This document shows, one piece after another, positions 9,087 to 18,432 of a stretch of 32,000 bases of DNA (its first letter is position 1; every line of letters starts with the position of its first letter). Position numbers and translations under genes: made by a program. This DNA is from Candidatus Helarchaeota ASGARD archaeon Hel_GB_B (GTDB taxonomy: Archaea > Asgardarchaeota > Lokiarchaeia > Helarchaeales > HEL-GB-B): contig SUPR01000013.1 of assembly GCA_005191425.1 (NCBI GenBank), positions 16,895-48,894 of the forward strand, written 5' to 3'. Below the pieces are notes generated by a model that did not search any database, was not told the DNA's origin, and was given only the letters and a program-made list of their open reading frames with translations.

Positions 9087-9688
9087 GTCCAGCGCCGTTG
9101 ACCAGCTTGGCTATCCCTGCTTTTTATATACTATAAATGTTCTGATCTTTTAATTTGTTTACTTTCCAAATCTTTATTTACTATCATATTCGAATTTTAA
9201 TATTCAATCTTGGTCAAGAATGTTGTTAATTCTTGATAATTCATAAATTTTTTGGTTCTTTTTAATATTTACCAAAATTAATTGTAAATTAAAATTTATT
9301 AGCTTTTAGTAAATGATCAAAATTTTTAAAATGTCTAAGAAAATTTAAAGTATTTTTTATTCTATGGTATTAAACATGTATTTTTTAATCGTTATATTCT
9401 TTTAAATAAAATATTAAGTCTTTAGGCTTATAGACTACCCTTTATTTTGAGCAATAGATTTAACGATAATTATAATAGTTTTATTGATTCTAATTAAAGC
9501 CTTTAATATTAACTGAGTTCTAAATTATTATTTATATTCTTTTTTTTTTCAAAAATTTAAATTTGTGATAAAAAAAGATTTCTATTGGAAATGAATTTTT
9601 CCTAAAAATTTGTTATGTGTTTATTTTTAAAAAATTCTAAGAAATATTGTAATCATTTTAGAAAATAAGATAATATAGAAATTTTAAA

Positions 9689-10237
9689 TTAAGAATTCTT
9701 AAAGTTAATTAATTTTAATAATTTTTCAATCTCTTTTTCAAGATCTATTAGTGTCCCATTATTTGAAATTGTAAAATCTGCCAATTTAAGAAGCGATTCA
9801 ATCTGTATTTCTGTCTCCTTATTATCATATTCTTTAAATTCATTCCAACTTATTTTTTGTCCAAATCTTTTCCTTGTATTTATTCGTTGAAATCTTTTTT
9901 CGTCATCAATTTCAATTCCAATTATTACTCCACCAAGATTTTTTATGGCATCAAATTCCAATTTATATCTAATTCCGTTTACAATTAAATTTCGATTAAT
10001 TTTATTCTTGATTCTTCTAACAATCGTATCAATAATTATATATTCCCCAAATATCTTTCTCAAATAAAATCCAATTTTTTGATAATTTTCTCTATTTAAA
10101 TCCAGATTAATTGCTGTTAAAAATTCTGTGATTGGGTCGCTAAATCTGATTTGCTCATGAAAATTAAATTTTTTTATAAGGATTTCTGCAATACTATCTT
10201 TTCCGGACCCAATTTTTCCAATTAATCCAATTATCAT
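9689..10237 (-). CDS. P-loop kinase, dephospho-CoA-kinase-like / UPF0200-type
   Basis: IIGLIGKIGSGKD Walker A, RFQRINTR lid segment, ADFTISNNGTL; substrate unknown. Confidence 0.75.
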   Translation of the reverse strand: MIIGLIGKIGSGKDSIAEILIKKFNFHEQIRFSDPITEFLTAINLDLNRENYQKIGFYLRKIFGEYIIIDTIVRRIKNKINRNLIVNGIRYKLEFDAIKNLGGVIIGIEIDDEKRFQRINTRKRFGQKISWNEFKEYDNKETEIQIESLLKLADFTISNNGTLIDLEKEIEKLLKLINFKNS

Positions 10238-10328
10238 TTTTAATTTCCTTAGGTTTATTTATTTGGAACTTATTTTATTTAATTAACGATTAAAATTATA
10301 AAAATAATTTTATTGGTGGCATTTTAAA

Positions 10329-11687
10329 TTGACAAATGATTATAGAAGAGCGCCATGCGATTTAAATCTAATTAATTGTAAAATTGTTTTAAGAAATAGA
10401 ATTTTTGAAGGTGGCTTGTCAATAAATAATAGCAAAATCATCAAAATAGGTAAAGTTTCTAATTTAATAAAATCAAATAAAATTATTGATATAAAAAACA
10501 AATTTATAATACCTGGTCTGATTGATACTCATGTCCATTGCCGAGATATGGAACTCTCATATAAAGAAGATTATTATACTGCCACGGCTGCTGCTATACA
10601 TGGAGGAATAACTACAATTCTTGATATGCCAAATACTAAACCTCCGACTATATCTGTCCAAACATTAAAAAATAAGGTTAAAGTTGCAGAAAAAAAAATT
10701 TTATGTAATGTTGGTTTTTATTCCGGAATTCCCAAAGATTTTTCTGAACTAGACGAAATGAAAAAAATCGGTATTTTTGGAATAAAATTATTATTAAACA
10801 ACCCAATTACTAATTATAATTATAATGACATTAATTCTTTTAAAAAATTGATAAATAAATGCTCAGAAAAAGGTATTACTATCTTAATTCATCCAGAATT
10901 TAAAAAATATGTTGATGAAAAATCAAAAACGATTAAAAATAATAATGATATTTCATTTTTTTTAAAAATTCATGATAATACTAATGAATACCGCACTATT
11001 GATACAATTATAAATAGCTGTAAAGAAATTAATGGTCATATCCATTTTTGCCATTTGAGTATTTCTGATGATATTGATTTATTAACTAAATATAAAAATT
11101 CTGGTAATATAATGAAAATAAGTTCCGAAGTAACTCCACATCATTTATTTTTATCTGATAAAGACCTTTATGAAAAAGGTACTTACGCAAAAATGCTACC
11201 ACCATTGCGGCCTTCTCCAAATCAAGAAAATCTTTTAAAGGCATTAAAATCAGGAATTATTGATGTTATTGGAACGGATCATGCGCCTCATTCTATTAAA
11301 GAGAAAAAATTAAATTTTTTAGATGCTCCATCTGGAATTCCGCAATTAGAAACGGTTTTACCCATATTTTTAACAAAAATTAACCAAAATGAATTTGATA
11401 TTTTTAATTTATGTAGATCCTTTGCCGAAAATCCAGCTAAATTATTTAACATAAAAAATAAAGGTGTAATTTCCGAAGGTTATGATGCAGATTTGGTAAT
11501 CATTGATTTAAAAAGCGAATATAAAATAAATTCCGATCGATTTTTCTCAAAAGCAAAATTCTCACCATTTGATGGAATGAAATGTATTGGTAAACCTATA
11601 ATGTCGATAAATAATGGTCAAATTGTCATGAAGGAAGATGAAATTTTAATAAAACCAGGAAATGGTAATGTATTATTAAATAAATAA
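10329..11687 (+). CDS. pyrC: Dihydroorotase (multifunctional-complex type)
   Basis: DTHVHCRD, DMPNTKP, HFCHLS, SEVTPHHL, GTDHAPH, FSPFDG. Confidence 0.88.
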   Translation: MTNDYRRAPCDLNLINCKIVLRNRIFEGGLSINNSKIIKIGKVSNLIKSNKIIDIKNKFIIPGLIDTHVHCRDMELSYKEDYYTATAAAIHGGITTILDMPNTKPPTISVQTLKNKVKVAEKKILCNVGFYSGIPKDFSELDEMKKIGIFGIKLLLNNPITNYNYNDINSFKKLINKCSEKGITILIHPEFKKYVDEKSKTIKNNNDISFFLKIHDNTNEYRTIDTIINSCKEINGHIHFCHLSISDDIDLLTKYKNSGNIMKISSEVTPHHLFLSDKDLYEKGTYAKMLPPLRPSPNQENLLKALKSGIIDVIGTDHAPHSIKEKKLNFLDAPSGIPQLETVLPIFLTKINQNEFDIFNLCRSFAENPAKLFNIKNKGVISEGYDADLVIIDLKSEYKINSDRFFSKAKFSPFDGMKCIGKPIMSINNGQIVMKEDEILIKPGNGNVLLNK

Positions 11688-11705
11688 ATAAATAATAACA
11701 TTTAA

Positions 11706-12188
11706 TTGATACCAATGAAATTTCTTTCTGATGCAATGCACGGTCGAATTACAAGGTTTTTAAGAATTTTAGGGTATGATACATTTTACCCTTTCGATAT
11801 GGACGACTCAGAAATTTTAAAAATTGCAAAAAAAGAAAATAGAATAATTATTACTAGAGATATTCAGCTGTCCCAACGAGCAAAATCAAAAAATATACCT
11901 GTAATATTATTAACTTCGGTTGATTTCATCAAAAATTTTAATAAAATTTACAAGACATTTTCAATTAACTTAGAACTTAATTCAAGCAAATCCAGATGTC
12001 CTATTTGCAATAGTGAATTAATTCCAATTAAAAAAGAAGCGGTATTTGGAAAAGTACCCCAAAAAACTTATCAAAGATTTAAAAAATTCTGGATATGTAA
12101 AAATAAAGAGTGCGGTAAAATATATTATGAAGGAATTCATTGGGAAAAAATGCGAAAACAATTAGAAAAGGTTAAGAATTTAAAATAA
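11706..12188 (+). CDS. Mut7-C RNase-like (PIN fold plus Zn ribbon) protein
   Basis: FLSDAMHGRITRFLRILGYD, ITRD, RCPICN, C..CGKIYYEGIHW; ATG 11715 is an alternative start. Confidence 0.88.
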   Translation: MIPMKFLSDAMHGRITRFLRILGYDTFYPFDMDDSEILKIAKKENRIIITRDIQLSQRAKSKNIPVILLTSVDFIKNFNKIYKTFSINLELNSSKSRCPICNSELIPIKKEAVFGKVPQKTYQRFKKFWICKNKECGKIYYEGIHWEKMRKQLEKVKNLK

Positions 12189-12198
12189 TAAAATTTTC

Positions 12199-13068
12199 TT
12201 GTTGATCAGAATGGAAATACCACCATATTTATTAAAGGAAAAATTACTTTATTTTTTAAAAGAAGACATACAATTTGGAGACCTTACATCAAATCTATTA
12301 ATTTCCGACGATTTAAAAGCAAAAGCGGTAATAATAGCTGAACAAGATGGAATAATTGCTGGGATAAATGAGGCTGTCTCTATTTGCGAATTAGCTCAAT
12401 TAAAACCTATTCAAATTGTCAAAGATGGAGATAAAGTCTCAAAAGGTTCAAGAATATTAGAAATAGATGGAAAAGCCAAAACTATTTTGACCGTTGAACG
12501 AACGATTTTAAATATCTTGATGAGAATGAGTGGAATTGCAACAGAAACAAATAAAATAATTGAAAAGGTTAGAAAAATAAATAAAAAGATACGAATTGCA
12601 TGCACTCGTAAGACTACTCCCGGATTTCGGTATTTTGAAAAAAGAGCGGTAATGATCGGTGGAGGTGATACTCATAGAATAGCTTTAGATGATATGGTAT
12701 TAATTAAGGAAAATCACCTTTTTTGTATAGAAAATCTTGAGAATTCTATTAAAAAATTAAAGGATCAGATTAGTTTTTCTAAAAAAATTGAATTGGAAGT
12801 TGAAAATAAAAATGCAGCACTAAAAGGCGCCAAATTAGGGGTAGATATATTAATGCTAGACAATTTTTCTCCTGAATTAGCAAACGAAACAATAAATGAA
12901 TTAAAAAAGCTCCGTAATAATATAAAAATAGAAATATCTGGAAATATTACACCTCAAAACATTGAGTCTTACGCAAAACTAGATATTGATATAATTTCAA
13001 TGGGATACATAACTCATAGCATAAAATCCTTTAATATGAGCTTAGATTTTATTAAAAAATCAATATAA
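12199..13068 (+). CDS. nadC: Nicotinate-nucleotide pyrophosphorylase (quinolinate phosphoribosyltransferase)
   Basis: EDIQFGDLTS, ERTILN, TRKTTPG, HRIALDDMVLIKENH, IMLDN, SGNI. Confidence 0.96.
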   Translation: MLIRMEIPPYLLKEKLLYFLKEDIQFGDLTSNLLISDDLKAKAVIIAEQDGIIAGINEAVSICELAQLKPIQIVKDGDKVSKGSRILEIDGKAKTILTVERTILNILMRMSGIATETNKIIEKVRKINKKIRIACTRKTTPGFRYFEKRAVMIGGGDTHRIALDDMVLIKENHLFCIENLENSIKKLKDQISFSKKIELEVENKNAALKGAKLGVDILMLDNFSPELANETINELKKLRNNIKIEISGNITPQNIESYAKLDIDIISMGYITHSIKSFNMSLDFIKKSI

Positions 13069-13090
13069 ATATTTATTTTAAAAAATATTA

Positions 13091-13163
13091 AGCCAGGAAT
13101 GGGACTTGAACCCATGTAAAACGGCTCTGCAGGCCGTCGCCTCGCCGACTAGACTATCCTGGC
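13091..13163 (-). tRNA. tRNA-Cys(GCA), no intron
   Basis: GCCAGGA/TCCTGGC acceptor stem with U73; anticodon arm ACGGC-CTGCAGA-GCCGT; T arm ATGGG-TTCAAGT-CCCAT. Confidence 0.96.
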
Positions 13164-13314
13164 ATATTTTTTGTCTATAATTCATTTATTTTTGATGTTG
13201 AGTTCAATAATTAAATATTGTATTAAAATTTTTCTTCCAATTTTACAAAATCTACATACATATTTATTTAAGAGAATTTTTCTTAATTTAAAAAATTATA
13301 TATATTGGATTATT

Positions 13315-14478
13315 ATGATTTTAATTAGATATGGCGAAATAGCGCTTAAAAGCCCAAGAATTAGATTAGAATGGGAAAAACAATTAATTAGAAATATTAA
13401 GTCCATATTAGAGTTAAATAATATTAGTTATAAAAATATTAAATTCTTACCGACAAGAGGTAGAATTTTTTTAGATATAAAATTAACAAGCAATATCTGT
13501 TCATTATTGAAAAAAGTCAGTGGAATTATTTCATTTAGTGAAGTTTTAGAAGCAAGTAACGAAATTAATTCCATTTCTAAAGTAACGCTTAAACTTGCCG
13601 ATCAAATTTTAGAAAATGGGGATACTTTTGCTTTAAAAGTTAGAAGGACTGGTACCCATAATTATTCCTCAATAGATATTGCTAGAATAGTTGGTAAAAA
13701 TGTATTAACCACTTTTTCAGATAGAAATATTTCTGTAAATTTGTCTTCTCCAAAAAGGACGATTTATATTGAAATAAGAGATAAGAATTCCTATATTTTT
13801 CATAATAAAATATCTGGGATGGGTGGATTACCAATTGGGACTCAAGGTAAAGTTATTGCATTGATTTCTGGAGGTATTGACAGCCCGGTCGCTGCTTGGA
13901 TGATGATGAAGCGAGGATGTTATATTAGACCAATATATTTTGATAATTATCCATATCTATCCAAAAAAAATATTGATAAAGTTATCAATTTAATAAAAAA
14001 ATTAAGAACCTTTGATCCCAGGAAAAAATTTTATTTTTATATCATTCCTCATGGCCCAAATTTAGAATTATTTCTAAAAAATGCGCCAAAAAATTATACT
14101 TGTTTATTGTGTAAAAGAATGCTTTATAGAATAGCAGAAGTCATCACAAAAAAGGAAAAAGCTAAAGCTATTGTTACAGGGGAAAATCTAGGACAAGTTG
14201 CAAGCCAAACGATTGACAATTTATATATTCTTAATGATTCAATAAAAATTCCAGTATTCAGACCATTAATTGGACTCGATAAGGAAGAAATTATTGATAT
14301 TGCCAAGAAAATAGGTACATTCAAAATCTCAACCGAATTTATCGATTCTTGTACTGCAGTACCAAAATTTCCTATAACAAAAGGAGATATTAATAAAGTA
14401 ATTAAATTTGAATCGGATATTAATATTGATAATTTAGTGAAAAATGCTATAAATAATATGAAAAAGGTTTATATTTGA
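13315..14478 (+). CDS. thiI: tRNA 4-thiouridine(8) synthase, archaeal type without rhodanese domain
   Basis: IRYGEIALKS, THUMP region, PP-loop SGGIDSPVA, CLLC plus distal Cys (DSC), TGENLGQVASQT. Start moved to ATG 13315; the upstream 48 codons are AT-rich intergenic-like. Confidence 0.93.
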   Translation: MILIRYGEIALKSPRIRLEWEKQLIRNIKSILELNNISYKNIKFLPTRGRIFLDIKLTSNICSLLKKVSGIISFSEVLEASNEINSISKVTLKLADQILENGDTFALKVRRTGTHNYSSIDIARIVGKNVLTTFSDRNISVNLSSPKRTIYIEIRDKNSYIFHNKISGMGGLPIGTQGKVIALISGGIDSPVAAWMMMKRGCYIRPIYFDNYPYLSKKNIDKVINLIKKLRTFDPRKKFYFYIIPHGPNLELFLKNAPKNYTCLLCKRMLYRIAEVITKKEKAKAIVTGENLGQVASQTIDNLYILNDSIKIPVFRPLIGLDKEEIIDIAKKIGTFKISTEFIDSCTAVPKFPITKGDINKVIKFESDINIDNLVKNAINNMKKVYI

Positions 14479-14573
14479 ATTTTTTATTTATTTATTATGT
14501 TCAGGATTAATGATTTTTTTTAATCTAATTAAAAATAAATAATGTTTAAAATTATTAAGAAAATCTAAAAAAC

Positions 14574-15335
14574 GTGAATAATATGGAAAAAAAACCGATT
14601 TCAAAAAATGAATTAGAACGTTATGACCGTCAAATAATTATCTCTAATTGGGGTTTAGATGGCCAACTTAGATTAAAAAATAGTACTGTTATAGTTATTG
14701 GGGCTGGTGGTTTAGGATCTACTGTATTATTATATTTAGCTGCCGCAGGTATTGGTAATATACGAATTATTGATAATGATATTTTAGAACTAAGTAATTT
14801 AAATCGACAAGTCCTCTATAATGAAGATGATATTAATAAACCTAAGGCTCTATTAGCACAAATGAAATTATCCAAATTAAATAAAGATATTAGAATTGTC
14901 GGTATTAATGAAACTCTTGATGAAAAAAGTGCTGATAAACTACTAAATGGGGCTGATTTAATAGTAGATTGTTTGGATAACTTTAAAACACGATTTTTAG
15001 TAAACCGCTATTGTATTAATAATAAAATTCCTTTCGTTCATGGCGCGATTTATGGATTAGAAGGAAGAGTTATGTTTATTGACCCAAAAAATGAAGAATC
15101 TCCGTGCTTAAATTGTTTTTATCCTGAAGATATTCCTCCTATGGGAAAATTTCCCGTTTTAGGATCAGTAGTCGGAATTACTGCATCTATTGAAGCAACC
15201 GAGGCTATTAAATACTTGACTAAAATAGGTAAAAATTTAATAGGTGAATTTCTGGTAATTGACGGCCGTTTAATGAAATTTAAATCGATTATAATCAAAA
15301 AAAACCCGAAATGTAAAACATGCGGTGTCAATTAA
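14574..15335 (+). CDS. HesA/MoeB/ThiF family adenylyltransferase (E1-like)
   Basis: RYDRQI, GAGGLG, DNDILELSNLNRQ, DCLDN, Zn pairs CLNC and CKTC. Confidence 0.92.
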   Translation: MNNMEKKPISKNELERYDRQIIISNWGLDGQLRLKNSTVIVIGAGGLGSTVLLYLAAAGIGNIRIIDNDILELSNLNRQVLYNEDDINKPKALLAQMKLSKLNKDIRIVGINETLDEKSADKLLNGADLIVDCLDNFKTRFLVNRYCINNKIPFVHGAIYGLEGRVMFIDPKNEESPCLNCFYPEDIPPMGKFPVLGSVVGITASIEATEAIKYLTKIGKNLIGEFLVIDGRLMKFKSIIIKKNPKCKTCGVN

Positions 15336-15344
15336 ATATTTTAT

Positions 15345-16103
15345 TTAACTTAAATCGCCACAAGAACAAAAATGCTCGTTAATTAAATCATATAACTCAG
15401 CAAACCCTATATTTCCATAAATTGAAGTGGAAATTAATCTACTCAAGGGATATAAATCTAATAAATGTTTTAATATCAGCAAAGTTAAATCTACAATAGT
15501 TCCTTTTTCATTCTTAAGGTCATTAATTAAGTCTGTTGGGTTATTCAATAATCTTTTAATTTTTGAATGACTAACAAGATCTGATTTATGAAGTATATTT
15601 GAAATTTCAATTCCTAATCGAAATGATAAAATATGACTAAATAAATAAGCAATAACTAATTCTGATGATTTTTTTGTGAGATTAGAATCAATTACATTAA
15701 TTCCTATAACCCTGAATTCTTGAGATAATCTATCTAATAACTTTAATGCTATGTCCTTAAAAATAAATAATTCAAGTTGCCCTGGTGTGTCTATTAGTAT
15801 ATATTCGCTCCTAAAGTCTTTAAACTTTTTTATATATTCGTCCAGATTCTCTATAACTTTTTCATTAGCCTTAATAATCGCTCCATTTGGCCCTAAATTC
15901 TCTTCAACCATTATCTGCTCTACAGTAATAAAATCTCTTATATTAAAATCCGGTTTATATGGTAAAACAACGGCTCCTGGATCAAGATTGACGAGTTTTA
16001 CACTTTCTCTTCTCTTATTTTTAATCCATTTTCCAAAATTTTCGACCAAACTTGATTTACCTGCACCAGCTGATCCTATAAAAAGAACTATAAATGTCAT
16101 CAA
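15345..16103 (-). CDS. GPN-loop GTPase
   Basis: GSAGAGKSS, NLDPG, LGPNGA (GPN loop), DTPGQLELF. Confidence 0.92.
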   Translation of the reverse strand: MMTFIVLFIGSAGAGKSSLVENFGKWIKNKRRESVKLVNLDPGAVVLPYKPDFNIRDFITVEQIMVEENLGPNGAIIKANEKVIENLDEYIKKFKDFRSEYILIDTPGQLELFIFKDIALKLLDRLSQEFRVIGINVIDSNLTKKSSELVIAYLFSHILSFRLGIEISNILHKSDLVSHSKIKRLLNNPTDLINDLKNEKGTIVDLTLLILKHLLDLYPLSRLISTSIYGNIGFAELYDLINEHFCSCGDLS

Positions 16104-16175
16104 TATGAAGCATAATTTTAAATAAATTTATATGTAGTTTCCTTACTAGCGAATAAATCATTTGAGGTACATTAT

Positions 16176-17621
16176 TTGATTTCTGAAGAAATTTTAAATG
16201 AATTGAAAGAAAAAATAGGTAATGATAAAATTAAAACCGAAGATTTTCATTTAATGACTTATTCTAGAGATTGGTCTCCCCGTCCTAAAGACGACACGCA
16301 TTTACCGAATATAGTTGTTAGACCTAATTCTACAAAAGAAGTTTCGGAAATTATAAAAGTCGCAAATAAATATAAAATCCCAGTCACTCCTATTGCTGGG
16401 CTAACAGGAATGGGTGGTGGTGCGGTACCAGTTCATGGTGGAATTGCACTTGAGACAAAAGGTCTAAATAAAGTTTTAGAAATTGATAAGAAGAATTTTA
16501 CAGTAACTACTCAAGCTGGGATAACAGTACTAAAATTAAATGAATATTTAGAAAAAGAAGGTCTATGGTGGCCTCATGACCCTGAATCTAAGCCATCCAG
16601 CACAGTAGGTGCAGCTATTTCTTGTGATAATGATTCAACTTTTGGAATAAAATATGGTAGGTCTGTAGATTTTCTTTTAAATGCTGTAATAGTCACTGGG
16701 ACTGGAGAAATTCTTAGAATAGGTCATCGAAAAGCATTATGCACATCTACTGGTTATAAATTACATTGGCTTTTAATTGGGGCGGAAGGTACTCTAGGGA
16801 TAATTACTGAAGTTACTCTAAACATCTTTCCAATTCCTGAAACTCGAGCTATCGATGGATATCTTTTTAGGTCAATTCAAGATGCATTAAATGGACTAAA
16901 TAGACTATTACAGTCTGGTCTAAGCGTTGAAAGCGCCCACATTAATTGTAAATCACGACTTGGATTTTATACGCAAGCTTATAGAGAAAAATTTGGCAAA
17001 GAACCTGAAATTCCTGATTGGGCTGAATCTATACTATTTATATCTTTTAATGGTGATAAAGAGGTTGCAGATTTTTCTCAAAATTATGCAAAAAAGATCT
17101 TAACAAATGGTCAAATAGTTAAGGAACGCGAAATTATTGATTCTTGGTGGTCCAGTAAACATACCTTAAGTTTAATTCCGTTTGTCCAAAAATGGCCTGA
17201 TTCTCAGAGGGTCAAAAAGTTTGGTTCAGCAGATCTAGGAATACCTATTGGCAGAATTCAAGAGGCTTATGAATTATATAATCAAATTGCAAAAAAATAT
17301 GATATTCAAATTTTAGGAATGTGTGTCTATAATGAAAGACCAAATAGAATATCTCCGAGCATCTCATTTGCAGTTTTTGTAGACGATTCCACCAATGAAA
17401 ATGTTAAAAACTTTTACAATTATGTTAAAGAAATGTCTGAAATGGCAATTAAAAAAGAAGGGACTATGTCTACTTATATTGGAGATGGTGATAGATTAGG
17501 TGGGTTCAATAGAATAGAACATGGCAGATCACTTGATTATATGTATGAAATCAAAAAGATATTTGACCCAAATAATATTCTACAACCCGGAAAAAAATTT
17601 AAAAGTCAATGGATTAGCTAA
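16176..17621 (+). CDS. FAD-binding oxidoreductase (VAO/PCMH, GlcD/D-lactate dehydrogenase-like), divergent
   Basis: VVRPNSTKEV, GMGGGAVP, DPES, GAEGTLGIITEV, C-terminal FDPNNILQPGK. Confidence 0.85.
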   Translation: MISEEILNELKEKIGNDKIKTEDFHLMTYSRDWSPRPKDDTHLPNIVVRPNSTKEVSEIIKVANKYKIPVTPIAGLTGMGGGAVPVHGGIALETKGLNKVLEIDKKNFTVTTQAGITVLKLNEYLEKEGLWWPHDPESKPSSTVGAAISCDNDSTFGIKYGRSVDFLLNAVIVTGTGEILRIGHRKALCTSTGYKLHWLLIGAEGTLGIITEVTLNIFPIPETRAIDGYLFRSIQDALNGLNRLLQSGLSVESAHINCKSRLGFYTQAYREKFGKEPEIPDWAESILFISFNGDKEVADFSQNYAKKILTNGQIVKEREIIDSWWSSKHTLSLIPFVQKWPDSQRVKKFGSADLGIPIGRIQEAYELYNQIAKKYDIQILGMCVYNERPNRISPSISFAVFVDDSTNENVKNFYNYVKEMSEMAIKKEGTMSTYIGDGDRLGGFNRIEHGRSLDYMYEIKKIFDPNNILQPGKKFKSQWIS

Positions 17622-17779
17622 TAATCTATATATTATTTAATTAGTACATCAAATTTTATCTTTTTAATCACAATTTTTCCAAAAGGTTTATTTAATTTAT
17701 TTTATTTAAAATAGTAAGTATTGTTTCCTATTCAATATAAAAAATTTCTCATTATTCTGAAATTGAATGGTGCAAAAAA

Positions 17780-18358
17780 TTGGATGAATATAGAGAATTA
17801 TTTATTTGTGAACATTGTAAGAACCCTCTTATCGTTGGTATCATCAATATTGTAAAGGACCAAGCTCAATGTATAGCTAAGTGTAAAAAAGGACATAAAA
17901 AAATTATAAAACTCCCTATGAATGATAAATTAAAGTGGATTGATGTGCTAACGGAGCAGATCTATCATTGTAGGTGCGGAGAAGAATTGACCGATTTAAA
18001 AATGAGTTCATCAGGTGGTATAACAAATTTAGTATTATATTGCAAAAAACATCATGAACGGACAAGAAAAATCCCGACGATCCTATGGAATGCTATTTCA
18101 AGCACAAGATCGAAACTATTAGAAGAATCTTTAGTCATTCAAGAAGATGACTTGCAAGAACCTTCATCTATTGATACGAAAAGTGCCGATTCTAGTGTAA
18201 AAGTCGCTCAAATTACTCCTGAACAGACTGTATCTACTATTTCAATACCTGAAAATAATGATACAAATAGTTCTAAACCGTCCTTCTGTCCAACTTGCGG
18301 TGAACCGCTCCCGGAAGGTGCAACAAAATTCTGTCCCTCATGTGGTATGGAACTTTAA
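17780..18358 (+). CDS. Multi-zinc-finger protein with C-terminal zinc ribbon
   Basis: Two similar Cys/His modules, a Ser/Thr/acidic linker, then CPTCG...FCPSCG; GGTG SD before the TTG. Confidence 0.8.
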   Translation: MDEYRELFICEHCKNPLIVGIINIVKDQAQCIAKCKKGHKKIIKLPMNDKLKWIDVLTEQIYHCRCGEELTDLKMSSSGGITNLVLYCKKHHERTRKIPTILWNAISSTRSKLLEESLVIQEDDLQEPSSIDTKSADSSVKVAQITPEQTVSTISIPENNDTNSSKPSFCPTCGEPLPEGATKFCPSCGMEL

Positions 18359-18432
18359 TTTTAGAAAAAATCGAAAGTATTTAATTTGAATCAATATTAT
18401 TTTTAAATTAAATAATAAATTATTAAGAGTCT

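Larger units (their letters stand above)
8968..9120 (-). tRNA. tRNA-Leu(CAA) with three introns (153-nt gene, 84-nt mature body, CCA not encoded)
   Basis: Acceptor stem GCAGGGA/TCCCTGC plus A73; D arm GCC/GGC; anticodon stem CTGGA/TCCAG; long variable arm with CGT/ACG stem; T stem ATGGG/CCCAT. Removing 27+16+26 nt restores loops CTCAAGA and TTCGAAT. Confidence 0.93.

Noticed and set aside
9121-9688. 570-bp very AT-rich gap as a possible replication origin or ncRNA
   Set aside because: No ORB-like repeats, no cdc6 nearby, and no GC-rich structured segment or credible ORF.
13171-13314. 48-codon N-terminal extension of ThiI
   Set aside because: AT-rich intergenic-like sequence next to the tRNA-Cys 5' end; the family N-terminus begins at MILIRYGE.
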